Source of the DNA: Camelus ferus
Lineage: Eukaryota
Length of the DNA: 64,000 nucleotides
Assembly (NCBI RefSeq): GCF_009834535.1
Contig: NC_045696.1
Coordinates: 29,204,001 to 29,268,000, forward strand
Direction: 5' to 3'
Below, piece by piece: positions 12,566 to 25,972 of this stretch; the stretch's first letter is position 1, and every line of letters starts with the position of its first letter. Both the position numbers and the translations under genes were made by a program. The notes beneath the pieces are model-generated. The model had not been told where the DNA came from. It saw only the letters and a program-made list of their open reading frames with translations, and did no database searches.

Positions 12566-15493
12566 CCACTCATTGAATTTAAGGCCCACCTGAAATCAGA
12601 ATTATCTCATTTCAAGATTCTTATCTTAATCACATCCTCTAAGACTCTACTTCCAAATAGGGCTACACTCACAGGTATGAAGTGTTAGGACTTGGATAGA
12701 TCTTTGTTCCGGGAGTCCCCACTAAACCTGCTACAGAGTGTGTAAGGGAAGCGGAGTGATTTAAACAAACTTGGCATTAAAAGGATGGGGCAGCATCTGC
12801 AGGCACTGTTCTCTCTCTCTCCTCTAGTTCTAGGGCAATGCCATTCGTTACCTAGTAGCCACGTAGCCCTCTATCACCGGCTGCATGGTCTGTTTACCAT
12901 TAGCTGCCAAATTTACTTGGTGCAAGCCCACTCATAGGTTAGAAGAAGTGATTCTGCAAATCAGCTCCTCCTGGAATCCAAAATAGCAGCCTGGGATAGA
13001 GGCTGCCTCCTTAATGCAGTGTCTCCTATTCGGACATGAGTCTGAAGAGGAGAAAATGAGAATACTCTTCTAGCTTCTTAACTCTCTCTCTTCCCTCTCT
13101 TCTCACTGGCCATTCTCAGGGGTGTAGAAATTGCTGACATAAGTTATTTCTCTTGTATCTTATCCTCTTACCAGAAAGTAGAAAACTGTAGACACAGTAT
13201 TTTCTCTTCACACTGACAGAGATCTCCGAACTAAGTCAGCCAGGCTAACTGTTGATATATTAAAGGAGAAGTCAATAAGGAAATTTAGAGAATCCTTTTC
13301 CAAATTAATTTGCCTAGTTTAAAAGCCTACTACATCTTGCTGCCAGATCCTTTTAGGGAATGTAAAACATTAAAGATTTTCTGGGTATCTCTTTGTTTAT
13401 TTTTGTAGGGCTGCTAATAACTTCCTACCTCCAACCACCTTATCCTGGCCCACCCCCCAGGGAGATGGGTACCTGCACTAATTATGGTAAAAAAAATCTT
13501 ATTATACTTAATATTTTACTGTATCAGATAATAAGAGACATGAAATGAGAGAGGCTACCAGAAGATGCTAATTAGTAAGAAAAACTACAAAAGTGAAAAA
13601 AATGCGGAGCAAAAAGGGCAGGTCCCAAATCTTTGTGAAACCGGCAAGTTCCAATCCCCTGACAGTTTCTCCTCCTCAGCCATCTCCCAGGCCCTCTCCT
13701 CCCAGTTTTCTCGTCCTCCCATTCCCACTGGCGCGCCCCAAGCAAGCTTTCCTTCGTCAGTACTCTGGCAGGATGCATGCATCTCTCTAAGAGTTCTTCC
13801 CCCTGCGAGGTCACACCAGCCTTCCTGCCACAGCGTTTCACCAGCTGCTCAACACTAATGTTGACACCTCTTATTTGGGGCCTGCCCCTCTGCTCCCTGG
13901 CCCCTGACCCCCGCATACTCAGCAAGCAGCTGATTTTCTTTAACTTCAGTTTAATAGCATTACCTCAAAGCCCCAGTGTGACTGAAGCTTAAAAGAGCAT
14001 CAATTGTGAAACTCTGCATATATGGGTTGGAAAAATTTGAAACCCACACACAGAGGAGTCCTTTGTATGCCTTTCCCCAACTGAAGCAAAAAAAAGTTTT
14101 ACTAGTGTAGGTGGAACAAAGCGGGGGTGGGAAGTTTTTCTTCAACTCACTGTGTGCATGCCTGAACAGCTTTATAGCGTGTGTTCAGCTTTCATCAGAT
14201 TTCTGCACAGCCTAGAGACCTAACCTCGGCCTCCAGCACGCGATGCTCACTGCGCCCTATCCTGTAAAATCAGTGAATGCTCGGGTGCACATATGCACAG
14301 GAGCTGACTTTACAGAATGGGTAGAAATGGCACTCCAGGGCCAAAGCTTGCCCTTTGTTTAAGGCTGAATGAGATTCATGTTATTTTTTTTTTTCCTTAA
14401 GATTACAAAAGTGTGATATTAGTTCCCTGCCTAGAATACATCAGCTAGATTTACAAAAATTAATGGTGGAAGTAGCTTTGGGCTAGAGGGCTTGAGGGGA
14501 GGGAAAGAGTGCGTGTCCTTTGATTTCTCATGAATTTCTTCCTTCGTAAGACTATACATGCATCTTATGTGAATTTTAGATGAAAAACATCCACTTACCA
14601 TCTAAAAAGGACTTGAGTCTGGACTGACAACAAAAGATAACAGAAAGGGAAAAAAGAACCCTGCCAATAATCAGCAGAGCTTTTTTTGGGCTAGTTTATC
14701 TACCAAAGTAGTCACCAGTGAGTAAATAAACTTTCTTCAGATTAGTGAGGAGATAATCCTTCTCTTTAGTCAAACTCAGAATCTTAGTTGCCCCCTTTTT
14801 TTTCCCCCAAGTTTGTTTGCTATTTATTTCCCACTTTGGAAAATGTAGTTTCTGCTGAGGCTGGTTACTTAAAAGTTCTATCCTGAGTTTTATTTTAATC
14901 ACATGGCATTTTAGCTCTGAAAAGGCAACAAAATTTTGATTTAAATCTTTTTAAAATATCCCTTTACTGCTATTCAAATTTAATTATTGTAAGAACAGTA
15001 CTACTATATTAAAATATAATCACCTTACACCTTTTGGCTTCATGACAACGTTCATGAAGTGCTTAATATTCATGTAACATGCTACCTCACCCTGTAATAT
15101 CACTATATTTATGGAAAGAAATTGTAATCCTCTTTACTGGCTCAGGTTAATTCCAATAAAATATTAAATCCATTTTCTAATCTAAATGAGTTCATTAGGA
15201 GAGGCATGGTACTGAGAATACCAAACTCTCAGCAGAGTTCAGCTTCATTACATTTCCGCACTGTGCGTTTCCAGAGCTGTTGTACTACATTTATGAGGAT
15301 TTATCTGTACTGTTCCAAAAACATTCATCCTAATTCTACTCCTTCTGTGCATGCTAATCATGAATATGTTAAGTGGAAATACTAAGCTTGTAGCCAATCT
15401 CATCCCCAGATGGGTTCAAGTTATGATTACAGAAGCAAATTTGCCATAAGCACTCTTAGAGCAGTGCCAGTGAGGAGGAAATGAAGGTTTGAA

Positions 15494-15496
<3 letters not shown>

Positions 15497-15525
<29 letters not shown>
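15497..15525. repeat. (GA)n microsatellite
   Basis: Direct reading. Confidence 0.9.
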
Positions 15526-15527
<2 letters not shown>

Positions 15528-17801
15528 TTTGAGACGGAGTAGAAATGTCATAGACACCAGAGAGGGGAAGAGAAAAAAAAAGAGTATTTCCAGATTGCTG
15601 TGTCTCAGGGAGAGCTTCAAGAATGTATAAATAGATCTATCCAGAGAAATTTAAAATAAATACAAGGATTAAATCATTTGTTTTAACTGCTTGGAGTCTC
15701 CAAAAGTCCATAATCCAAAGCTGAACTCCACATTATTCAGCTCATTACATCTAGCAAAGCTTTACTCCATTAAGCTCTCCATTTGAAAGAAATAATGGAC
15801 CTTTTAGGAAGGGAAGATGAGACCAATCTGGGATGTTCAGGTAGTGAATAATTATACAGTCCCCAACTGTTTGCCCATGGAGTGCTCTGACCTGCTTTTC
15901 ACATATACCTAGCAGTGACTTCCTTTCTCTTGCAGGTAAAAGAAAAAATAATAGATAATTTGGATTACATATCATATGTGATGAACCTATTAAGAACCTT
16001 TCAATCACCTCCGATATGTTAGCATTTGCAGTGACCGCTGAGTAAAACCATCTAAATCTACATTTCAGATACTTAGTTAATAAAACAAAAGATTTCTCAA
16101 ATAGACACATGGTGGATACCCACCTATTTTTAGTAAAAGATAAGACTGAGCTGAGCAAGAAGCAAGTTACTTTTGGTTGCAAGTTACTAAAGCTTGATAC
16201 AGCTCCTTGTTAATCTATATACAACGTCTGTAATAAATTGTCAGCCTAAAGTGAAATCCAGCGGCCACTGGTTGTCACTGTTGTACCACAAAACAGAAAT
16301 ATAGGTAATAGTCTTTCAAAAGACTGCCTTTTTAAAGAACAACGTTTGAAATAATGTATCTGACTATTTTTGTTTATCACTAAAGCAGAGCACAGAAACC
16401 CATACCAAGACCCCATGGATTTCAGACTAGTATTAGGTGTTTTAATGTAGAAGTTTGACCAAGAAATAGTATATGAATCACATGGAGATGTGAAATAAAG
16501 ATCTGATCATACACTTACATAAATACCTTTGTATTTAAATAGTCATGTGAGCTATCTGTTATATCTGTTAATTACAGCACACATTCTTTCTGATGTCAAA
16601 ACTAAATATTATGCTAATGCCCAGTGTGCATAATTGACCACCTCAAGGCTTAGATACATTATTCAAACAAAGTGCTTTCTAATGATTGTGTTTATAACAT
16701 CTTTAACCAGTAGATGAGAAGATAGCCTTGACATAATCTTCCCTTTTCCCAAATCTGATTAAAACTGTCAAGACAAGAAATCAATGGAATCCTGAATATA
16801 AAATCCCAAAATATTCTGCCGTTTGAAATGAAGTACTGTGATGCAGGAGGCTCAAGTCAATAAACACCAATGATGGTAGTGTTAAAGGTGGGAAGAGCTG
16901 GCAAGAAATCAGCATGGTGTTCGTGGTTATAAGATGATTATCTACTCAATGAAATTAAAGGTTAAAATTAGTCCAACTGTGCTATGGGAAAATGCAGAGG
17001 CAGGTCTTCAAAATCAAGAACAATGACTGTGTTCCTGAATACAGTCTTTCAAATTTGAAAAATTACAGTTCTCAAACAAATGACAGGGTAGCACTTCTAT
17101 TTTTAATAAAATAAGATACTTTCCAAATTGTGTTAACAATCAGTATAATAAAACCTGGGTGCTAGCGTTTTCTAGTGATCACAGCCAGAGATGAATAGGA
17201 GAGGGGAAGCTAGAAGTATCAGTGGTGTTTTTACTTATTATTTGCATGGATTTAGCTGGACTATGGGGCCCACTGTCATATGATTTCTCAAGATGAAGTA
17301 CTATGGTTTTTCAAGGTCATTCTTTCTTCTTTTATGTCTTTATTCCCTTCCTTCTTTCCTTCCTTCCTTCTTCCTTTCTTTTTTCTTTCTTGCATTCTTG
17401 CTTTTTTTCCTTAACCTCAGACAGAAGTTATAACCAAAACACAAAATCAGGAAAGAAGAGATAACTAATGCTACCAAATTGCTAATAGCTATAAATATTT
17501 GTTTGTCCCATTGTAACATTTTTCTCATCAAAATAGGTAAAGATATCAAGAAACCATATCAATCACACCTCTTACATTTTCTTCAACCTTACGTTTTTAT
17601 TAAGACATGAGTATTTTAAATACTTTGATTTTTGTGTTAATATGGCAAATGGGAATAATTCTTTTCTCTTGCAAGAGGCAATCACAGTGGTAGAAACAAT
17701 TTCACAAGAAAACTGTTCGTATCCAAAAAATTAAACTATGAAAAGAAAGCCTATCAATGGTGGTATCTATTCATATAAACTTCCCACAGTATGTTCTTTA
17801 A

Positions 17802-17983
17802 ACCAAGAGTTCTTCAATGTGGAAAGAAGTACAGCCACACAATCAATAGGGATGCTTGTGGAAAATGATGGCTCCTGGCCTTTATTCAGGACCTACAGCA
17901 CCAGAATCTCTGTAGAGTCTTTAAGTACATATTTTCAGCAAACTTCCCACATAATTAGAAACATTAAACATTTGAGAGTCATT
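17802..17983. mobile_element. MER5-like hAT-Charlie MITE
   Basis: gttcttcaatgtgg...cagaatctctg...tttgagagtcatt pattern resembles MER5. Confidence 0.55.
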
Positions 17984-18779
17984 CTTTCTGTCTCATTAAA
18001 GAAGAGAAAAAATATTATGACATTATAAACTTTACAATTATACCATTTTCATGATCAATAGAATCAAGAACAAAGGTTATATAATATCATTTAGATGAAA
18101 AGGCCTCAATGGAAGGTAGCACTTTTATTTCCTAATATGATCATTACGTATGTTTATAATGGTATATTTCACAAACTACATGAAGTATAAACACTAATCC
18201 AAGAAAGAAATCTTTTGAAAATATGTGTGATGGAAGGAATTCTATTAAATACACACTGGGTAGCTAAAAAACAAAAACCAAAACTCTCATCTCTTCCGTC
18301 CTGTGACAGCTCCTGTATCATTGCCCTATTGGGTAATTTTTCACTGAGGATCCTCAATGGTTAGAAAAATTACTTGAGGAAAGTTTCTTTGTGTTCAAAT
18401 TGTTTGCATCTCAAAGTACTACATTCAGATCTATTCAAGTGGTAGGTACAGAGTAATCATTTGATCAATTAAAAAAATTAAAAAGATATTTAATTTAGCA
18501 CACACTGCACTTCCCCAAGACCACAGATACAGTGTTTAATCATTTAGAGTAAAACATATTTTTTATAAATTAAGTAACTTTCAATTTAATGCTTAAAGTA
18601 ATATCATTTAAAATCCAACTATGCTCTAATGCCACATGCCTTCCATGCTCTCTGAAAGAAGTGCAATAAATTCATAAATAGTCTTAACCAAGAGAGAAGG
18701 GAAATAAAAGATTAGGAAGGACGGAGGCATCAAAGTGTATGTAAACATGGCCAGCCTGAAATTTAAGGCTATGACAGTT

Positions 18780-19187
18780 TCAAGCCCCCTTTTCTTCCTT
18801 TTAGAGCTGGTACTCAACTCCAGGTTTTAGCAGGGCACAGTCTCCCAACTGGAGACTACGATTCCCAAATGTCTTGTGGCTAGGGGTGGCCATGTGACCA
18901 AGGTCTCTCCAAAGAAATATGAAGTTGTATGTATCACGGCCGTAAAAGGAAACCCCTTTCCCTTTAGTTTCTTATTTCTTTCTCTAGAAGGTTAAAATGC
19001 TAGCATGGTGGTAATCTAGCCTCAATGTTGATTGACTACAATACCCTAGGGAAGACAGAATAATGATATAGTAGGAACCTTACTTTCTGCTTTAGATAGG
19101 TGAGAACAAAGTAAAGTTCTAGCTTGTCTGAGGTGCTATATTTTCAGCCCTCTGTCTTCGCCTATAACTGAACTAAATCAGTCACAC
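18780..19187 (+). mobile_element. Old MaLR/ERVL LTR (MLT1/LTR33-like)
   Basis: gactacgattccca...tggccatgtgaccaagg...gtaaagttct motif series. Confidence 0.55.
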
Positions 19188-20178
19188 AAAAAATAGTGTC
19201 ATGATCATGTTCGATACATTACTGCACTCAGTTTTCTTCATCATGAGCTGACTGATTACAGAGATGACCAGCAGAAATGAGGGAAAGTTTAACTGGTATG
19301 GTGGATGGAGCTCCAGAACAAGGAAGCACAAGAAGACAGTCAAAACCTGGAGAGAGCTGGTATAAATGTTACTGCTACTGATGAAGAATATTTGAAAATA
19401 GGGAGTATGCTTTAGTCTCAAGAAAAGGTGAAATATTTAATATTCTAAGATGGAAAAAAAAAAACAAAACACTTAGTTCTTGTCATGCCCAGGGATAAAT
19501 GTCATATACTCAGAAAGTACCTGAAGGTAAGAAATACAAATTATTTAAGTAATTGCTTAACAAAACTAGAGAGCAAGTAGAGTATGAAAAAAGTCAAAAG
19601 TTAAAATCCCCAGTTGAAAGTAATTTAAAGCAGACTTTGTCTTCACATTTTAACTCATTTAGTGTAATGTTTCAAGACAGACATGTATCTTTTAAAAGAG
19701 AGAGAGAGATTCATGAGTAATTCTAATATCAGAAATAGTTATATCTTAAATCTATATTTTAAACTACATAGAATAATAGTGTGAATTTCAAGTCAATAAA
19801 TGGACCATCCAAGTTAGATGGTTCAGGTCTCTGATCTGTGTATGCCACTTCTTTCTTCCCATGACCAAAATAGCTGTGACTTTAAAGTATGCCACAAGCC
19901 AACACCTACGAACATTCATAAAGTATGTCCTCTTTGGAGAAGTCAATACACTGAATAAGCAAAAACGAGATAGTTCAACGCTCAGGAAGGGATTTTATAA
20001 AGAAGACAGAGCCAGCTAAAGTAAAACTATAAGAGAGGCTGCATTTACCTCACTGTCTTTATGCACTTCCCCCGCTTCCCTAAGCATCACCCTCACAGAG
20101 GCTGAGGCTGTGCCCTTCCAGCAAAGCCAGCCGAGCCATTCTCTGATTTGCCTCTGGTGGTTGCCAATCACTCAGAAA

Positions 20179-20490
20179 TGTCAGGATTCTCGGGGAATCT
20201 TTGTCCAACTCTCAGCTTCTGAACTAAGTTATTTTCCTCGGGGACCCTGGGAGAGTTTATATGTCATATTATGCCAACACCTTCACTCTGGTCATGCATC
20301 TTGTCTCTTTACCCCTAGTAAAAATGTCTGAGTCTTATGTTCCCCAAAGTTATCTCTATGCAGTAAAAATGCCTGAGACTTATGTCCCAAGAAACTGTCT
20401 CTATGCAGTAAAAATGCCAGAGTTATTTTCCAAGAAACTGTCTCTTGCTTTTTAAGATGGCCTGTAATCAAACAGATCAACTGTTATATA
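20179..20490 (+). repeat. Left arm of diverged inverted repeat IR2 (contains 3x45-bp tandem)
   Basis: Aligns by eye (roughly 70%) to the reverse complement of 21328-21546, e.g. gcttctgaactaagttattttc vs gcttctgaaccaagttattttc and taaaaatgtctgagtc in both. Confidence 0.88.
20317..20445. repeat. 45-bp tandem repeat, about 3 copies
   Basis: agtaaaaatg starts at 20317, 20362 and 20407. Confidence 0.92.
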
Positions 20491-21327
20491 AAGGGGGAGC
20501 ATGGTGGCCACTCCTTTCTCTCTGCACGTATAGAGAATATATATTTATTTTAAGTAGAGTTTGTGATGATGATGCCTGATTAGAACAGAGCAGAGACTCT
20601 GATTTTGAGATTTCTGAGACACTATAATAGGGGAAAACCAGTTAGCAGGCAGTCCTTTGGAAATTCACTAGGAATGATTTGTTCTCACCCATCAATGCAC
20701 ATTTTTAAGCTATGGCATATCGAAGGTTACTAAATCCATGAGAGTTTAGGTTTGTAAAATTAACTCAACTATTCAAGTCAAAAATAGATTTTTTATTAAC
20801 TGAAACAATTATTAAGTGTGCCTTACACCTTCAGCCTGTCAACATTATATTTCACCTGTCCATTATTACGATGGTTACTCAATTTGTCCCATGCCATTTT
20901 CCATTCTGTGCTTCATGTACGTGCAGAAATAAGAATTACTGAACATTTGAATTCTCCTTCCTCTCAGGCTGCTATAGAACAGAAAAAAAGAAAAGAAAAG
21001 AAAAAGAAGACTCATTGTTCTTATCTCAACACTGCCAAATAGACAGACTTGAAATATCTAAGATTTTCATCCTTCTTGGAAATGGTTTTCAGCTTAAAGG
21101 TATTTGACCTGGAGTGAGGTTATATTTCAGTCAGCCTACTGAATGGTATCTAGAGAGGCCCGTCAGCAGAAGCTTAGCAGAAAAATGTGAGTGAAAGTTC
21201 AAGTGCCTGGTAGCTGAGAAAGCTGGGGAAGGGCAAATCGGCTTGCGTATCAAAGCTAAATTCTGTCAAAATGGCAAAAGTCATTTCCAAAACCAGGCAT
21301 CCCAGGAAGGCATTAATTGAGGAAGCT

Positions 21328-21546
21328 CAAATAGCAGCGGACCTATTTGACTAAAGGTCATTTTAAAAAGCTTTGAAATAGTTCCTAGAGACACATATGA
21401 CTCAGACATTTTTATTGGGGGTAAAGGGATAAGATGTATGGCCGGTAGGTGTTGATAAAATATGACTAATCTCTTCCAATATCCCTGATGAAAATAACTT
21501 GGTTCAGAAGCCAAGAGTCTGACAAAGATCCTAGCATCATACTGAC
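21328..21546 (-). repeat. Right arm of IR2
   Basis: Reverse complement matches 20179-20490 with a single copy of the 45-bp unit. Confidence 0.88.
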
Positions 21547-24195
21547 AGAGCTGAGAAAATGCCTAAGGAATTTTATTCCAGGATGTATAGGCAAGATGTT
21601 TATGAGCAAAAATCAATTATGAACTGATAAAAGAGCTGATTGTTTTGAGGATTTTAAAGGCAGTATTTTCTAATCTGTGAGGAAATAATCATGGGAGAGA
21701 AAAAGTTTAAAACTCATAAATTGGCACCAGGTTAATCAAAGCAGGTGTTGGTGTCTGGGTCACTCTTCTCTGTATTCAGGGATGATGACACAGAAACTAT
21801 CAACGCCTGATGTTAGACAACTTTCTGTCCTCAAATTGAGCAACTGATCTGTGATGGCTGCACATAAGCATTGTCTGCTGGGCCACTTGGCAGCAATTTT
21901 CAGTCTATTTCTGTAAATTGAGCTTTCCATTGTCCTTTGAATGTTTCCCCCTCCAGATTACAGGGGCTCCAATGCTGTCCAGTATACAGGACTCCCTTTT
22001 GCCTACAGCTGTCTTCCAACGTAATTGGGCATAGACAGACTGAGGAGTGCACCTCATTCTTATCAGTCTGGCATGTACACTGCCAGCAGAGCAAGTGGGA
22101 GAGTGCTTTTCAGGTTTAGTGCAAGATGGAGGAAAATAGTCAAAAGGGGAGTTAGCTGCCTGATTTGAGATTTAGAATAGTTGGAGACTCAGCCCCACTT
22201 TCAGGCCCAGAATTTCCTTCATGATTCTACAAGGTTTTTGTAGTGGAGTCTTCAGGAGTAAGTTAGCAGGTGCTCTTTTTCTTTTGCAAGCTGGCACTTA
22301 AACTGACTGAGCAGCAGCAACCTGATAGCACTGGCTTCTTAAGAATAGTGTAAGGAGGTGACGTGCATCAGGAAATTCCATGACAGTGGCATGTATACTG
22401 TCACATCCCAGTGTCCATCCGCTTAGTTAGAAACCACAGACCAAGTATCCCTTCTCTGACATAATGATTAGGAAGAGATCACTCTTGTTCTCTCACTGTG
22501 ACTTCACATGCATGAAATTACTTATTACTAACCCTGGATAACAACAAAAATTGGTTAAGTGAGATCATGGATAGGAGCAAATCTCCACCTCCTGTTACAA
22601 ATGCACAGCAAAGCAGGCTCACTTAGGGGTGTGTCTGTGTCTGTTCTTCCTTCAGACTCATCCACACAATTGGCTTCAGATAGATCTCAAGAAAAATCAT
22701 GGAGAAAGAGCGGAAGTCTTATATAATTAAAAAGACTCAAGTATTGGAAATAGCACGTCCGTTCTGTTAATAATTTCCTCTCTACCTTCTACCTTGGGAG
22801 TTTTCACATTTCTCCGTTGATAGAAAAGGAAAGCAGTTTGGTTACAGCAACAGGTTATTGCAAACCTAATTCAATTTACAATTACTACCAAGGAAGTGAA
22901 TATCTATTTATTGTAACAATATTGATAAGTTGGGGAGGTCACACTATGAGCCCCAAAAAAACCTCATTGCGGTGACCAATAAGCAGAAACAAAACTAACA
23001 GTCCAACGTGCATGACTGCATGCATACTGTTTAGACAAGTCAAAAAACCCTTTGTGTCTTTTTATTCTAGCCAGGTTTGCACCCGATGCCTCCCTCAGAA
23101 GAATCTAAATGACACTTTCCCACAGGGAGTCCCAAAGCACCCCTATCCCCGTGCTCAAACTTGGCTCACACATCATCGACAGGGAATCAGTCTCATGGTC
23201 CCTCCTGTTGCCACCCTCACAGTCCTTTCTTGAAGACAAATCTAAAACCAATTATTTTTCTTCTAAATGTACATAAAACATACTTTGAGGGCAAAAACTA
23301 TGTTTGAATTAGGATTTTATTTTCTGTTATATTAGAGACATTGGCTGATAATAAACTGGGCTCTCTTTTATCATTATTCTCATGTTTGGTTCTATTTTTA
23401 TATTTTTCCAAAGCCTATTTTCCTCCAATCATTAATCCTATTTATTTTAAAGTAAATACTTGTACTTGACTACATTAATAGTTACCACTGTTGATTTTAT
23501 TACACATTTCACTTCCCAAACATCTTAAACACAAAACATGAGTATGCTTTGTGTTAGCCATACCTCTATGAACCCAAAGGTATCTACTAATGCTACTCAC
23601 ATGAATGTAAAATGCTTCTAAATGAAAAGTTCTGTTTGAAGAGCTCAAGAATTTGACAGTGAAAATTTCCAATAATGTGGACTGAAATAAGCCAAAGTCT
23701 CAGTAGTCAGAAACTCCACGCACTTCAAAACAGAGCACATAGCCACATTCCAACAATGTCCCAGCCCTCCCAGCCCAGGTCCTCTTGCGTGTCACTTAAC
23801 AGTTTAGAGCCTGGAGTAGATGCCAATAACAAGCATCTCCAATGCTGCACATTTTGGAAAGATTCAAAAATTTCTACTGACAGTCTCTGGGTTCACACAT
23901 CTTGTTACTAAGGATACACCAGTATTCGAATCAATGGTTTCTCTGTTTCGGTGTGACCTAATTCTATGAAGTGCAAGGGAACTTTCTGTCATTGAAAAGA
24001 GCAGATGCTCTATCTTGTGTTGCTTGTGTCTGGCTCTGTGCAAAACTTAATCTACTATTCCTTAGGTCAAACATGGACAATGATTTAGAGTGCAAAAATA
24101 GCACAGGGGTTACTCCATCTGTTCTCAATGCTCATGGCCTCCTGCCATGCTTTTCTTACCTACGTGAAATGATTAAGTTATCACTTTTGAAGTGA

Positions 24196-24420
24196 TTACT
24201 GTGCACCAGACACAGTGCCACATCTCAAAGGGAATTAAACTCCTTTAATTCTCACAAAAGCTCTAAGGCATTGGTAATGTTATTATTTCCATCCTGTATT
24301 AGAAAACTGAGTCCTAGAGAGTTGAGAATCTTGACCTAGGTGCCACAAGCAGCAAGTGGAGTGGAACCCAAATCCAAGCCATCTGATTCCGGAGGACATG
24401 CTATGCATTCCTGCACTTCA
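24196..24420 (-). mobile_element. MIR SINE
   Basis: tttaattctcacaa...gaaaactgagtcctagagag...cttgacctaggtgccaca core. Confidence 0.7.
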
Positions 24421-25972
24421 CTGTTTCACCTTCATGTAGCTTGATTCATCCTTCACCCAACCCTGAGATGGAGCCTAGCCTCGCCACAGGACTCAGATGG
24501 GGGGAGAGGAGGGTGAGAAAATCTGGAAGTAGTTTTATCCTAAACTTGGAATTCCTGGGCCTGTGCCCCCTTACCAAACAGCAGTCCATCCCCAATCCAT
24601 CTGTGGTTCACCAGTCCTGATGCCGGCACGTCTGCCTGGCTTCTAAAGGCTCTCCAGCTGCCTTCACTTATTCATAGCCCACCTCATTACTTGGAACCTT
24701 GAACATCTGCTTATATCTTGGCAAGTCCCCACTTGAATGATATGCCTCATTCTCTTAACCTTATTCTAAAATCTTCCTTTAAGTTGGAGGAAGCTTCCTG
24801 AGGTTATGATAGAACCAGTTGAGATATAAGCAAAGATAAATATCGCGAAGTATCTTACAGAACTAGAAAGGATTATTTTCCTCTGGATTGTCCCCTAAAT
24901 GTTCCAAATTTCTCTCTGTCCTTAACGCTACAGAATCTACACTTAGTGTGGGTGGGAACATCCACTTTGGGATGTTTGGCCTTAAGTCTTATGCATCACT
25001 TCACCCACGTCTCCAGCTCTTTCACATTAGCTTCTCTTAAAACCACTGAAGAAAAGGTGCTGCTATACGAAGGTGCTGAGTCTGAATAAAAAACATACTT
25101 TAGTTCTTTATGTAATTTTCATTTTTGTTTTTCATAATAATAACTGTAATTTTTAATCTGAGTCTTTATTCAAATACAATGAATCCTAATTAATCCTTTA
25201 CATTCTCCTTGCCTAATCCTCTCTTAATGGTTTTCCCAGAAGAAGACAGACCAAACTTTCTATATTTCTTCTCTTTCCTGTCTCCTTTAATAGGAAAGAA
25301 TAAAGAAAACATAATTTGGTTGCTCCCATTTTTCCTTCACCCATGGATACATTCCTTTTGTTCAAAGGAAGATCTAGCCAGGGTTCAGTTATACATGGAG
25401 GAAAAACATCCAATCATCCTTAAATTTTTCACTCAGGCAAAATCAGCTTCCCTCATTTCCCAACAAATATTTAATCAGGATGCTATTTCCTTGTGTATAT
25501 TAAAATAATATTCATAACTTTTTGTAGTTTCTTTCCCTTTTATGTTTATAGCTGTATTTGAGGCTTCTTTCTTACATGCAAAATTCTCCACTGAGCACAA
25601 TGCCTGGAAAAGTGTAGGTGACTTCTAAATATTTACTGCATTCATAAACTAACTAAATATTATCTTTATTGTTGCTATATTGACCTAGCAAAATATTTAA
25701 AACTAAAGCATAATAACATAAACTAAAAAGTGCTATTCTATTAGAAAAAGAATACATTTTAAGCTTCAAAGAAGAGAGAAAAACATAATTAGATATCCAT
25801 CCATACAAAATCTACCCTTTCTCAAAGTTAAAATTCTTCTTCCTATATTACAAAGAATCAACAGATTCTCATGTAGATAACATTTTAATCACCACTATTT
25901 TCAGTTTCACATTTTTAAACAATGGTCTGGGGAAAAAAAAAAGTGTTCTAAGACTCAAACATTGGTATGGGT

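Larger units (their letters stand above)
11520..12735 (-). mobile_element. MLT1 (MaLR) LTR interrupted by two L1 3' fragments
   Basis: Pieces cttcacatggctttctt, ctcttataaaaacaacagtcatt and ggcccacc...ttccaaatagggctacactcacagg join into a continuous MLT1. Confidence 0.75.

Noticed and set aside
14151..14261. 111-nt minus-strand coding exon (ttttacag...gtgagt)
   Set aside because: Weak pyrimidine tract; spliced to the upstream ATG it hits a stop after four codons; no recognisable peptide
20317..20445. CRISPR-like array
   Set aside because: Contiguous tandem units without unique spacers, in mammalian DNA
19801..24977. Short 7-9 bp hairpins at ~19801, ~22381 and ~24957
   Set aside because: Expected by chance in 64 kb
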